64,000 bases of DNA, from positions 744,001-808,000 of the forward strand of contig JBBPEB010000014.1 in NCBI GenBank assembly GCA_039096225.1. The letters are read 5' to 3'. Under the pieces are notes generated by a model. That model was not told the origin of the DNA, did no database searches, and saw nothing but the letters and a program-made list of their open reading frames with translations. Positions 1 to 11,110 of this stretch are shown one piece after another. How positions within the stretch are numbered: the stretch's first letter is position 1; every line of letters begins with the position of its first letter. The position numbers and the translations under genes were made by a program. Origin of the DNA: Blastocystis sp. Blastoise (taxonomy: Eukaryota; Protista; Bigyra: Opalinata).

Positions 1-3000
1 CATTATTACCTACTGCTATTCTTTATCAATTTAATGATGGTCGACGTGAATGGATTAATAAATATGAAATCACTTCTTCACATGATTATCCTGAAAGAGA
101 TCCTAAAGTATTTACATTTGCTGGTTCTAATGATAATGGTGTTTCTTGGAATCTATTAGATATTAATTCTCGCGTTGTATTTGATACTAGAAAACAAACA
201 AAATCATTTATTATACCATCTAATAATGTAGCTTATAATATGTATAAATTAGAAATTACTTCTGTTGTCGGTAATGATATTAAAACTCAATTATCTGAAG
301 TAGAACTTTATTCTTGTAATATTGATATTATTACTGATTTTATTTACGAAAAAACTTCCTATATTTGGTATAAAGATTTAGATTCTATATATTTATCTCC
401 ATATTCTTCTGGATTAGAAACATTTACTCTTACTGCTCCTACTACTTTACCTGATGGACTTACATTTGAATCAACTACTGGTGAAATTTATGGAACCCCT
501 TCTACTGTTTATTCTGGTGTTTTTACTATTAGTGCTGTTAATGCAGTTACGAAGGCTCCTGTTACTTGTACACTTACTATAAGTATTATTGAATGTGATG
601 GTATCAATAATATACCTATTCAAATAAGTAAAACTTCAGGTGGAGAAACTCCTTGGTCTGAAGTTGTTTCTCTTATCGATACTAATAATTCTACTGTTTA
701 TTCTGCTCCTGGATTAGAATACGCAGAGCAAGTATCCAATCTCTGTTTACCTGCTGGTTTATATACATTAGAAATGAAAGATCTAGATTCTGCTTCTTGG
801 GATTCAACATCTATTCTTACAATTAAACTAATAGCTTCTTCTAATGATGCTCATATAATCTTTAAAGGATCATTACATGATACATATATGGCTAAAACAC
901 AAATTAATATTCAATATTTAGTTGAACCTCATAATCCTAGTGTATTATGTTATTTAGCCGATACTCCTGTTGCTGATAATTGGTATTCTTCTCAATATAC
1001 TCCTGATTCTACTTGGACTCCTTGTTTAGCTCTTTCTGAAAGACCTTCTTCTGAAGCTAATGAACACTATTTCAGACATACATTTAATATAGATAATAAA
1101 TCTATGTTTGCTGCTGTTGAGTTTAATATTAATGCTGCTGATTCTATTGCTATATATATGAATGATGTTCTTGTTTTACGTAATGGACTTTCTGAAAATA
1201 ATGTATCACTTATGAATAGTACTGATTATTCTCGTCGTTCATTTACTATAGATATTCATCATCTTCAAGAAGGTACAAATGTATTAAGTATTATTCAAGT
1301 ATTTTCAGATGAAACTGTACTTCCTATAACTGTTAATTTTGATTTTTCTCTTCGACTTCTTCTTTCTTCTTCTTTATTTAGTTCTACTTTTGATATGAAT
1401 ACTGAAGTATTATCTTTAAATCAATTAGAAACTGCTGATAATCTTGTTGATGGGTTTTATGATACTTTCTGGCAATTTACTGCTACTCAATCTACTATTG
1501 CTCCTATTGATATTTTCTTTACATATCGTGACTCTAATCAATATGGATATTATAATAAATATTGTATTGTAAATAGTGTTGATACTCCTAATAGTGATCC
1601 TATTGATTGGACTTTTAAAGGATGTGTAGGTGAAAATTGTGTAGTTCTTGATATAGAATCAAATATCATGTGGAGAGCAAGACTTCAAAGACAATGTTTC
1701 TTTATGAATATTCATCATGAATCTTTTAATAGTTATACATTAACTATTACTAAACATACTGGATATGGAAATACGAATGTTGTTGGATTTAATGAATTTG
1801 AATTATTAACTTTAGATTTAGTAAATTTACCTGTAGAACCTCTTGTTTATACACCTAATACTATCATTGGATATAAAGATATTGATATATCTACCATAAC
1901 TCCTACTGCTAATTATCATAACTTTTCTGTTTTAGATGGTACTCTTCCTACTGGTATTTATATAGATACTAATAGTGGATATATCTATGGTAAATCATCT
2001 TCTTTCTCTGCAAGTACTGATTATACAATTCAAGCTTATAGTCCTCAAGGCATAGCTTCTACTACTCGTATTACTATTACTATTTCTGCATGTTCTTATC
2101 CAAATAGTATAGTAAAGATTGAAATTAAGAATCCTGATGAAAACTTTGGAAATGAAATGGCATTTGAATTTAGAGATGAAAATACAAACACACTTATTGA
2201 TAGAAGATCTTATTTCCCTGATTTTGCTACTACTTATTATACATATTGTAGAAGTATTGGTACTTATCAATTAATACTTTTGGATACTGCTAATGATGGT
2301 TGGGGTACTGCTTCTATTTCTGTTCAATTTAGTGATGGTTCTGAAATTATTAATAGTGGCTTATCTTATGGTGCTTCTCCAAAATCATTATTCTTTGAAA
2401 TTCAAATATTATCTTCAGCTAATACTATTCAATGGACTTATTTAAATAGTGATACTATTAGTGCTCCTACAGATAATAGTTGGACTACATTAGAATATGC
2501 TGCTACTAATTGGTTCTCTAGTACTGTAGATTCACTTTCAACTCCTCTTGGTATTACTCAATATTATAGAACTATTTTCGATATTCAAAATATAGAAACT
2601 TATGTTGCATTTACAACTAATGTTAAATTAATGGCTGGTGCTGTTCTCTATATAAATGGTGTTGAACTTATACGTTATAATATGCCTGAAGGAACTATTA
2701 CTCCTACGACATTAGCTACACTTGATTATTCTACTCCTGAACTTGTAAGTGAAATGTTCTCCATTCAATTCTCATCATTATCTCTTGTTAATGGACAGAA
2801 TATTATTGCTATTGAAACACATAAAGGAAATATAGATATCTCTCAAGCTTATTTTAGTTTCTTTGGAGAATTTACAAAGAATAATATGAGAATGATTCAT
2901 AATGGACATAGTGATGGATCCAATGAAAATCCTACCGAATCAGAATCCGTCTCCAAAGTATTTGATGATGTTCTTGATACTAAATGGATATCTTCTGGAA

Positions 3001-6000
3001 TGTGTGTTGGTGCTTGGGCTAGTTGGACTTATAATAATAATCGTAAAGTATTTGTTGATTCATATAGTGTTACTAGTGCTAATGACTGTAATGTTAAACA
3101 TCCTTCTGGATGGACATTTGATGGTTCTAATGATAATGGTGCTACTTGGGAAACTCTTCATACTGCTACTAATCAAGTATTTACAAACTTTGAAGAAACT
3201 AAATCTTTTGATTTCATTCCTACTAAAGCTTATAATAAATATAGATTAATATCTACTGAATGTGCTAATCTTGCTCTTCCTAATGATTCTCTTACTTGTA
3301 GTAATAATGATATGCAACTCTCTGAAATATCATTCTTCTTAAAACGTATGAATGGTATTTGTCAGGCTGCTGACGGTTATAATGCTGCTGCTGATGGAGA
3401 ATATTCATATAAATCATGTAATGATGGTACACAAAATATGAAGAAAAAATTATGTACTAATGGTATCTTTGGTTTAGAAGATTCATCTCTTTGTTCTGGA
3501 TCTGTTGATCCATCTGTTCCTAGTCTTACATATCCTAATAGTACTTATATACTTGTTATGAATGTTCTTATTACTCCTATTACTCCTGTTATTACTGGAA
3601 TTGAAGGATATACATGTACTTCTCTTCCTATTCTTCCTACTGGATTATTACTTGATCCTAATACCTGCTCTATTACTGGTACTGCTACTATTCTTCAAGA
3701 GAATCAACAATATACTATCACTGCTAGTACTCCAACTACTGGTCTGACTGCTTCAGCTACTATAAGTATTAGTGTTCAAACTATTGCTCCTCCTGAACCA
3801 ATTTCCATAGTATATACTCCTAATACTATTACTGCATTGATTAATACTCCTATATCTGCTATTCCAACTGTTATTGGTGGATCTGTTAATACTTGGACAA
3901 GTACTCCTGTTCTTCCTACTGGTCTTCTTTTAGATCCAAATACAGGTGCTATCACTGGATCATCTGCTGTTGAAATCAATGCTGCTGTATTTACTATCTA
4001 TGCTATACCTGTTGGTACTACTACAACTCCTGTAACTACAACTATTACAATTTCTATTACTACTGTTGCTCCTACTCAATGTCCTTTAGATGATGTTTGG
4101 CCTGCTACTAATGCTGGAGCTACTGCTACTGTTCCCTGTAATGATACCCAAAAAGAAGGTCAAATGACTAGAGTGTGTGGTAGTACAGGTTCTTGGGAAA
4201 CTCCTATTGATAGCTGTACTTATATTCTTCCTGTTGTTTCTATTACTCCTAATACATATAGTTTTGCTCCAAATGATATGGTTAGTATTACTCCTGTAAC
4301 TCAACAATTTGTAGCTACTTGGTCTATATTACCTGCTCTTCCTACTGGAATCATATTAAATCCTACTACTGGTGCTATCACTGGATCATCAGCAATTCCA
4401 GTTACTGAAACTATGTATACTATTACTGCTACGAATCCTACTGGAGCAGGCCAAGCTACTTTTACTCTTACTATTAATACTGTTGCTCCTACTCAATGTC
4501 CTTTAGATGGTACTTGGCCTGCTACTAATGCTGGAGCTACTGCTACTGTTCCATGTAATGATACCCAAAAAGAAGGTCAAATGACTAGAGTGTGTAGTGC
4601 TACTGGTACTTGGGAAACTCCTATTGATGGTTGTACTTATATTCTTCCTGTTGTTTCTATTGTTCCTGATTCTTATACTGGTTATACAGGTACTAATCTT
4701 GAAATAACTCCTTCTACTCAACAACATGTAGATAGTTGGACTATTACTCCTATTCTTTCTGGTGGACTTATTCAAAATCCTACTACTGGTGTAATCTCTG
4801 GTATTCCTACTGAAATCAAGGAAAGTACTGTATATACTATAACTGCTACTAATACTAAAGGTGCTGGTCAAGCTACTTTTACTCTTACTATAACTAATCC
4901 TGCTCCTATTCAATGTCCTTTAGATGGTACTTGGCCTGCTACTAATGCTGGTACTACTGCTACTTCTTCATGTAATGATCCTCAAAAAGAAGGTCAAATG
5001 ACTAGAGTATGTGGTAGTACAGGTACTTGGGAAGTACCTGTTGATAACTGTACTTACTTGACTCCTATTATTTCTATTATTCCTGATGTAGTTTCTGGAT
5101 ATATAAATGAAATCATGTCTATTACTCCTGTAACTCAACAATTTGTAACAAATTGGGAAATATCTCCTGCATTACCTAATGGACTTACTATCGATCATAC
5201 TACTGGTGTTATTACAGGTACTCCTACTGTTGCTCAAGATCATGTTCTTTATACTGTAACTGCTACAAATCCCAATACTTCAGGAACAGCAACAGTTACT
5301 ATTACTATCAATGCAAGACAATGTCCTATTGATGGTAGTTGGCCTGCTACTGATGCCTCAGCTACAGCTACTTTAGAATGTAATGATCCTCAAAAAGAAG
5401 GTCAAATGACTAGATTATGTTCTCCTGCTGGTTCTTGGGAAGAAGTTGTGGATCAATGTTTATATAAATCTCCTGTTATTACTTTAGATCCTCTTAGTTA
5501 TGTGTTCTATAAAGATGAACCTGCAACAATGACTCCTACAGCTACAAATACTGTTACTGGATGGCTTATTTCTCCTAGTTTACCTAATGCTTTAGTTGTA
5601 GATCCTATTACAGGTGTTCTTTCAGGTATTCCTACAATGACTTCTCCTGAAACTCAATATACTTTAACTGCTTCGAATAGTGATAATAATGCAAGTGTAA
5701 CTGTTAGTATTACTGTAGAGGCTCGTAAATGTAGTTCTGAAGGTGTTTGGCCTGAAACGGATGCTGGTACTACTGCTTATGTATTCTGTGAAAATAGTTT
5801 AACTACTTCTCGTAGTCGTATTTGTACTCATGAAGGACAAACAGGAGTATGGGGTACTATTGAATCTTCTTCTTGTTATCAAGTATCTATTGAAGATGTT
5901 CCTGTATCAGGTCGTTCATTTATAAGAGCTCCATTAACATTTATTGGTGTAACTAATGTTTTCTTTGTTGCTTCACAAATTAGTTCTCTTCAATTTGTTT

Positions 6001-6461
6001 TAAATCAATTTATTACTACATTAAATCTTGCTAATACTAAAGTTTATATCGAATCAATTAAGAATGGAATTGCAGTTTTAAGTGAAACTACAGTTGTATC
6101 TATTCGTGTTGAAAGTGATGAAGTGAATAATGATCGTATTAAGACTGAATTACTTTATTATGTTACTTCAGGTCAAATAATAGATTCTCTTCGTGCTTCT
6201 GATCCTTCTTATTCTTCTGTTAATGGCATAACAGTATCTTCTAATGATGTAACTGTTATGAATTATAATTTCTGGACAACTACTATGATTATTATTATTA
6301 GTGTTGCTATTATAGTTGTTATTTTAATCATTGTTATTATTCTGTGTTGTATTATATGTAGAAAGAATAAACCCTCTAAAAAATTAGTGAATGTAAAGGC
6401 TACTTCTGCTAGTTCTAATAAGAAAATATCTTCAAATAATAAATCAAGAGTTCAAATTTAA
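1..6461 (+). CDS. Giant intronless type-I membrane protein (>2150 aa, 5' end outside window): discoidin/F5-8C-like and jelly-roll carbohydrate-binding-like domains, putative Ig (He_PIG-like) repeats alternating with Cys-rich HRM-like modules, one TM helix, short basic tail
   Basis: The frame is open from base 3 (LLPTAILYQFNDGRREWINKY...GSNDNGVSW) into the 240..6461 ORF. Repeated LPxGLxxDPxTGxITG Ig motifs and CPxDGxWPATxAG...C...TRxC...GxW...C modules at 4080, 4497, 4914, 5322 and 5730. TM MIIIISVAIIVVILIIVIILCCIIC followed by RKNK. Confidence 0.9.
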   Translation, partial: LLPTAILYQFNDGRREWINKYEITSSHDYPERDPKVFTFAGSNDNGVSWNLLDINSRVVFDTRKQTKSFIIPSNNVAYNMYKLEITSVVGNDIKTQLSEVELYSCNIDIITDFIYEKTSYIWYKDLDSIYLSPYSSGLETFTLTAPTTLPDGLTFESTTGEIYGTPSTVYSGVFTISAVNAVTKAPVTCTLTISIIECDGINNIPIQISKTSGGETPWSEVVSLIDTNNSTVYSAPGLEYAEQVSNLCLPAGLYTLEMKDLDSASWDSTSILTIKLIASSNDAHIIFKGSLHDTYMAKTQINIQYLVEPHNPSVLCYLADTPVADNWYSSQYTPDSTWTPCLALSERPSSEANEHYFRHTFNIDNKSMFAAVEFNINAADSIAIYMNDVLVLRNGLSENNVSLMNSTDYSRRSFTIDIHHLQEGTNVLSIIQVFSDETVLPITVNFDFSLRLLLSSSLFSSTFDMNTEVLSLNQLETADNLVDGFYDTFWQFTATQSTIAPIDIFFTYRDSNQYGYYNKYCIVNSVDTPNSDPIDWTFKGCVGENCVVLDIESNIMWRARLQRQCFFMNIHHESFNSYTLTITKHTGYGNTNVVGFNEFELLTLDLVNLPVEPLVYTPNTIIGYKDIDISTITPTANYHNFSVLDGTLPTGIYIDTNSGYIYGKSSSFSASTDYTIQAYSPQGIASTTRITITISACSYPNSIVKIEIKNPDENFGNEMAFEFRDENTNTLIDRRSYFPDFATTYYTYCRSIGTYQLILLDTANDGWGTASISVQFSDGSEIINSGLSYGASPKSLFFEIQILSSANTIQWTYLNSDTISAPTDNSWTTLEYAATNWFSSTVDSLSTPLGITQYYRTIFDIQNIETYVAFTTNVKLMAGAVLYINGVELIRYNMPEGTITPTTLATLDYSTPELVSEMFSIQFSSLSLVNGQNIIAIETHKGNIDISQAYFSFFGEFTKNNMRMIHNGHSDGSNENPTESESVSKVFDDVLDTKWISSGMCVGAWASWTYNNNRKVFVDSYSVTSANDCNVKHPSGWTFDGSNDNGATWETLHTATNQVFTNFEETKSFDFIPTKAYNKYRLISTECANLALPNDSLTCSNNDMQLSEISFFLKRMNGICQAADGYNAAADGEYSYKSCNDGTQNMKKKLCTNGIFGLEDSSLCSGSVDPSVPSLTYPNSTYILVMNVLITPITPVITGIEGYTCTSLPILPTGLLLDPNTCSITGTATILQENQQYTITASTPTTGLTASATISISVQTIAPPEPISIVYTPNTITALINTPISAIPTVIGGSVNTWTSTPVLPTGLLLDPNTGAITGSSAVEINAAVFTIYAIPVGTTTTPVTTTITISITTVAPTQCPLDDVWPATNAGATATVPCNDTQKEGQMTRVCGSTGSWETPIDSCTYILPVVSITPNTYSFAPNDMVSITPVTQQFVATWSILPALPTGIILNPTTGAITGSSAIPVTETMYTITATNPTGAGQATFTLTINTVAPTQCPLDGTWPATNAGATATVPCNDTQKEGQMTRVCSATGTWETPIDGCTYILPVVSIVPDSYTGYTGTNLEITPSTQQHVDSWTITPILSGGLIQNPTTGVISGIPTEIKESTVYTITATNTKGAGQATFTLTITNPAPIQCPLDGTWPATNAGTTATSSCNDPQKEGQMTRVCGSTGTWEVPVDNCTYLTPIISIIPDVVSGYINEIMSITPVTQQFVTNWEISPALPNGLTIDHTTGVITGTPTVAQDHVLYTVTATNPNTSGTATVTITINARQCPIDGSWPATDASATATLECNDPQKEGQMTRLCSPAGSWEEVVDQCLYKSPVITLDPLSYVFYKDEPATMTPTATNTVTGWLISPSLPNALVVDPITGVLSGIPTMTSPETQYTLTASNSDNNASVTVSITVEARKCSSEGVWPETDAGTTAYVFCENSLTTSRSRICTHEGQTGVWGTIESSSCYQVSIEDVPVSGRSFIRAPLTFIGVTNVFFVASQISSLQFVLNQFITTLNLANTKVYIESIKNGIAVLSETTVVSIRVESDEVNNDRIKTELLYYVTSGQIIDSLRASDPSYSSVNGITVSSNDVTVMNYNFWTTTMIIIISVAIIVVILIIVIILCCIICRKNKPSKKLVNVKATSASSNKKISSNNKSRVQI
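4063..5880 (+). repeat. Intragenic tandem array of about 408-417 bp (HRM-like + Ig) units
   Basis: Module starts are spaced 417, 417, 408 and 408 bp. Units 1 and 2 are near-identical in nucleotide sequence over the Cys-rich part. Confidence 0.9.
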
Positions 6462-6827
6462 ACTAGTCAAATAGAAGTAGGTGTACATACTATATAAGGG
6501 GTTAGTCATCAATAATATATATATATATATTTATTCTTTCTAAATAACTTTTAATTTAGATATTGAATTATTCAATTGTATCGTGTGGTTTTAGTTTAGA
6601 TGTATACTACTTTTTGGTTTGTTTTATTTTATAGATTAGTTATTTTATATTTATATACATATAGTTCCTTTTATTAAAAAATGCTTTGTGATTATATTTT
6701 GTTAGTGTTTAATATAACATTGTTTTGTTTTTTTTATTAAATAACTGATAATGATGAATAATATTAAAGAAAACTATATATAAGGAAAATGAATAAAAGG
6801 AGAAAAGTTATAAAAGAATATATTTAT

Positions 6828-6987
6828 TTATATTTTAGTTTGTATTGCAAGGAAGAGATTAAGTATATATAAAGGGAGAATATAATTATCGACATCTTTT
6901 ACAAATAACTCACATAGTCCTGACATAACTGAAATAAAACTGAATTTCATAATCTAGAAAATATATAAAATAATATATATTTATATT

Positions 6988-7020
<33 letters not shown>

Positions 7021-7026
7021 TCTCAG

Positions 7027-7113
<87 letters not shown>

Positions 7114-7119
7114 TCTCAG

Positions 7120-7191
<72 letters not shown>

Positions 7192-8149
7192 TAATAATAA
7201 TATATTTATAAAATTATACATGAAATTAACATCATAATAAATAATAAAAAAAACATAAATAGAATAAACATAAAATAGGTATCATACAGAAGCATAGGAT
7301 ATTTCTCGTGAAACTTCTAATTCTATAAATAATAAGGCTAAAAAGAGAGAGATTGTAAATCCTAAATATCCTTCTATAGTCTTATGTGTATTCATTATTT
7401 TTATTTTTCCCAGTAAACTACCTATTATAGCTGCCTATAAATAACATTATATATATAATATATACAATAAATATTATTTTAAAAGTATATACATATATAT
7501 AATTCATAATAAATTAATTATTCAATAAATATAAAATATGAGAAACATGACTATATATATTTTTCTAATATATGCAAAGGAGTCTCCAAATCCAAGTACT
7601 ACTATCCCCGAGCTTCTTAAGACAGTTCTTTGTTCTAATGGAATGTTCGTAAAGTATTCTAAAGCCCAAATTGGAACAGCACATCCAAGTAATAAAGACA
7701 TATGTGTAAGTATTAAATATCCATTATCTCGATTATCTGTAAAGGATGTAAGAAGAGGATGAAGAAAAGAAAAAGGAGGTGGAGAGAGAATACGAAGAAG
7801 CTCAACATATACAAATAAGGCAAATGCTACTGATATAGCAATACTATATATAATGATATCATTTTGATTCTTAAAGACTATAGTTAGATAGTAATATATG
7901 GAATCATATATATATATATATATATATATATACTAGATTAACTCATTATCATATAGAACTGCCGGTACAAATAAGAATACACATAGAAAATGAAAGAATT
8001 TACGTATAATAATAAGTGGCGCATCTAATATTTCTATAAGTATAGAATATATAGTTTATTTTAAATAGAGAAAAGATAGATAAAATCTATACTTTATAAA
8101 TATTAATAAATATATTGTAAAAATGTGTATAAATAAAGTAAATTATTAA

Positions 8150-8182
<33 letters not shown>

Positions 8183-9233
8183 AAATATAAATATTAAATA
8201 GTATCATAAACAAAATAAATATAAATATAAATATAAATAAAAAATAAATATATATAAATATACGTAGACAGGGGAGAGAGAGTAATAAGATAAGAAGTAA
8301 TATAGCCCATAAAGTAACTATAGAAATACGTGTTTGAGTTAATGTAATCCAATTCCATCCCCATATTAAGAAATCTTTATTTAATATATATGATAATGTG
8401 AAATAAAGAATACAAAAAGAAATGAAGAGAAGAGTATATAAAAAAGAAATGGATTTCTTTGTCCATAATGTAGTTGTACATGCTCTATAATATTGAATAA
8501 TATTATATATAATAATACACATAGAGATTGATCCAAATATAAAACATGTTATAACTTTTTCATTTTTAGGTACATGTATATATAGATCTTTAATTAATAC
8601 AAATAATACCAAATTACAGATAAGAATGATTTCTGAAACAGAATAACAATTCTCTGTAGTTATTAAATAAAAAAATACTGTATCAAAAATAAGGATAGCT
8701 AACGAATATAATGCAATATATTCTCTTTTTATATTCAACATACTAAACCAAAAAATCACGAAGAAACATACGACGAATCGTGTAAGTCTTGTTTTAAACG
8801 AAGGGAATAAACAAATTATGTAGATATAGAGGTTACAAGCATAAAGAATTCGATAAATCTGGAGATACTGACCTATATACACATTTATTTAGAAGAAAAA
8901 ATCAACTTGATTGAACTTACTATTGTTTTCATATATATAGAGGTATCCAAGAAATGTCACCATAGATAAATAAGCAGAAAAGAAAGACAATGCACTTGAT
9001 TTCCTCACTGTTGACAGCGTAATGATATTCTTCTTCTATAAAACATAAATTTATGGAGAAATTAAATAATCACATACCTTTAAAGAAAGTGTGAATTCAA
9101 AAATCACTGTCAATATATAGAAAACAACTGACTCTATGAAGACATTATAATTTCTTTTCATTAATTTAAGAAGTAAAATTATGTAAGGCACAGAAACAAC
9201 CGAGTACTCTACGAGTGACTCTTCAGAAACCAT
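6828..9233 (-). CDS. DOLK: Dolichol kinase (SEC59/DOLK), multi-exon
   Basis: Spliced motifs IIRKFFHFL, GYLILTHMSLLLGCAVPIW, GIVVLGFGDSF/AAIIG, KTIEG and DVDNYILPL. ATG at 9233 (MVSEES), TAA at 6830-6828. One GC-AG intron (7575-7435). Confidence 0.9.
6989..7200. repeat. (AAT)n microsatellite with two ATCTCAGAT interruptions, inside the last DOLK intron
   Basis: Seen directly; lies between DOLK exons at about 7290 and 6950. Confidence 0.95.
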
Positions 9234-9646
9234 TTTTCGCTGACAACACAATAATAAATGCTTTCAAAAGAGAAATGAAAATGAAAAAGTAGAATTCTTT
9301 TAGAAACTTTTAGTATTCCTTTCCTGGATTTCTATTAGATTTCTCAAAAAAAAAGTTAACGCCGTTGGTAATCAATAAGAATAGGGTAGTTTTGATTTAT
9401 ACAGTATGTAAAAATATATGTACAGTTCATAAATTTTAAATAGAGACAAACAAGCAATATGTATAAAAAGAAAGTTAATTAAGTTAACAAAAATGTAAAC
9501 AAAAATACTCGAGTTATAATAGAATTATAAGTTAAATATAAATATATTAGAATTAGAATTATAAATAAAAATAAAATAAAATTAGAATTATAAATAAAAA
9601 TAAAAATGAGAAAAAAAAAACAAATCAACAAATTAAAAAAATGATA

Positions 9647-10099
9647 CTATTCTAATAAACTCTTTAAAAAATTTCTTCTAACAATGATACTCTTCTTTAA
9701 TAATAAGAAATCAACTGGATTCACTATTCTATAGGAATATATTTTGACAAACAATTGATTATCAATGAGACAAACAGGTCCATACACCTGTATATATATA
9801 TTGGGTAACAACTTTGAAGAATCAATGAATGATGTCAGCAAAGAAATTCTACCTGATTCACCTTCTAATTCTACAAACTTACGATTTTCACTTATGCTTT
9901 GTATTCTGAAATAAAGAGATAGATATACATCAAAAATAAAATATGATAATAAAATATTGACTAGTATAAAATAAAAATAAAAAGGAAAATAGAAATACTT
10001 GCCAGTAATTCGAACTATATCATTCACATTCTTTGTTGAAAGTTCTTCTATAAGGTATATTTGTGCAGATTTATATCCTGGATCTAATTGTATACTCAT
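9647..10099 (-). CDS. TEN1: TEN1-like small OB-fold protein (CST telomere complex subunit), 2 exons
   Basis: About 119 aa after removing the GT-AG intron 9998-9906: ...LIEEL...VRITGKI...YIQVYG...RIVNPVDFLLLKKSIIVRRNFL. Size and motif pattern match Ten1 (VRxxG; C-terminal helix like LLEQAI...R). RPA3-type OB folds are the alternative. Confidence 0.65.
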   Translation of the reverse strand: MSIQLDPGYKSAQIYLIEELSTKNVNDIVRITGKYFYFPFYFYFILVNILLSYFIFDVYLSLYFRIQSISENRKFVELEGESGRISLLTSFIDSSKLLPNIYIQVYGPVCLIDNQLFVKIYSYRIVNPVDFLLLKKSIIVRRNFLKSLLE

Positions 10100-10368
10100 C
10101 AAACAATTACGATTTCATTACTCTTTTTAGAACAGCTGACTTTTTCGACAATGAGAAAAAAACCAAATCTTATTATTAAGTGATGTGTCCGTTATACAAT
10201 CTGACTTCGTATTTAGTAATTTATTTACTAAATTGAATTTTTGTTTCTTGAGTGAAATTCCCAACATTATTCATAAAAGAATACCATAAATTTGGTTTTT
10301 TCCCTCGTTACTTCCAGTTTTACAGACTTATTTTAAAAAAACATTGTATTGCATATAAATATACTTAG

Positions 10369-11110
10369 AATGAGATCTCTTTTTGGTTTATTCGTTGTAT
10401 TCTGCTTATTTTCCTTTGCTTTCTGTGATGAAGAGGAGGATTGCTTAAATTTAGGCTATGATGATTACGATTGTCGTCTTTGTAAACCTGTTGGTGAAGT
10501 TACTAGTGAATGTATGAATATATTAATTAATTTTATATATATAATCACTATTTTGAACACAATTTTTAGTTGCTCAGACTGATTGTGAACGTTGTTGCGT
10601 TAATCATCCTGAAGATGTAGATGGAGTTGTATGTTTTTGTTCTATTTTATAAATAAATTGAATACAAAAACAATTAAATGTTTTTTATTTAGAAATTTTT
10701 CAGATTTGGTGTTCTTCATTATAATCCAAAAACAATTGATAAGTATCCTGGAGTCAGAGCATTTCTTCAACAAAATTTACAACATCTTGTTAAAATGAGA
10801 GAAAGATGGAATAAATCTATTGATGAACCTTATCTTGTTATTACAAATCATCTTCAACAAGATGAAAGAATTGAGTATGTAATTATATTTTATTGATAAT
10901 ATTATATATATTAATATTTATTGCATATATTTATATATATATGTTCATATGATAATATATTATATATAAATTAATAATATATTATATATATATTAATATA
11001 TTATATATAAATTAATATAATATTACATATATAGAATATCTCATATGGAACAAGGTGAATTATTTGATTTCATTGTTATGGGATTACAAGCTAATTATCC
11101 CGAACGATAA
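10369..11110 (+). CDS. Sep15/SELENOF-like secretory protein without Sec/Cys redox motif, 4 exons
   Basis: Signal peptide, then C-LGY-C-xx-C...DCERCC (Sep15 Cys-rich domain), then KYPGVRAF (cf. RFPQVQAF). Introns 10512-10569, 10629-10692 and 10875-11034; TAA 11108-11110. Confidence 0.75.

Noticed and set aside
1995-4913. Antisense and alternate-frame ORFs within the giant gene
   Set aside because: Shadows of strong NNT codon bias; no independent coding signal.
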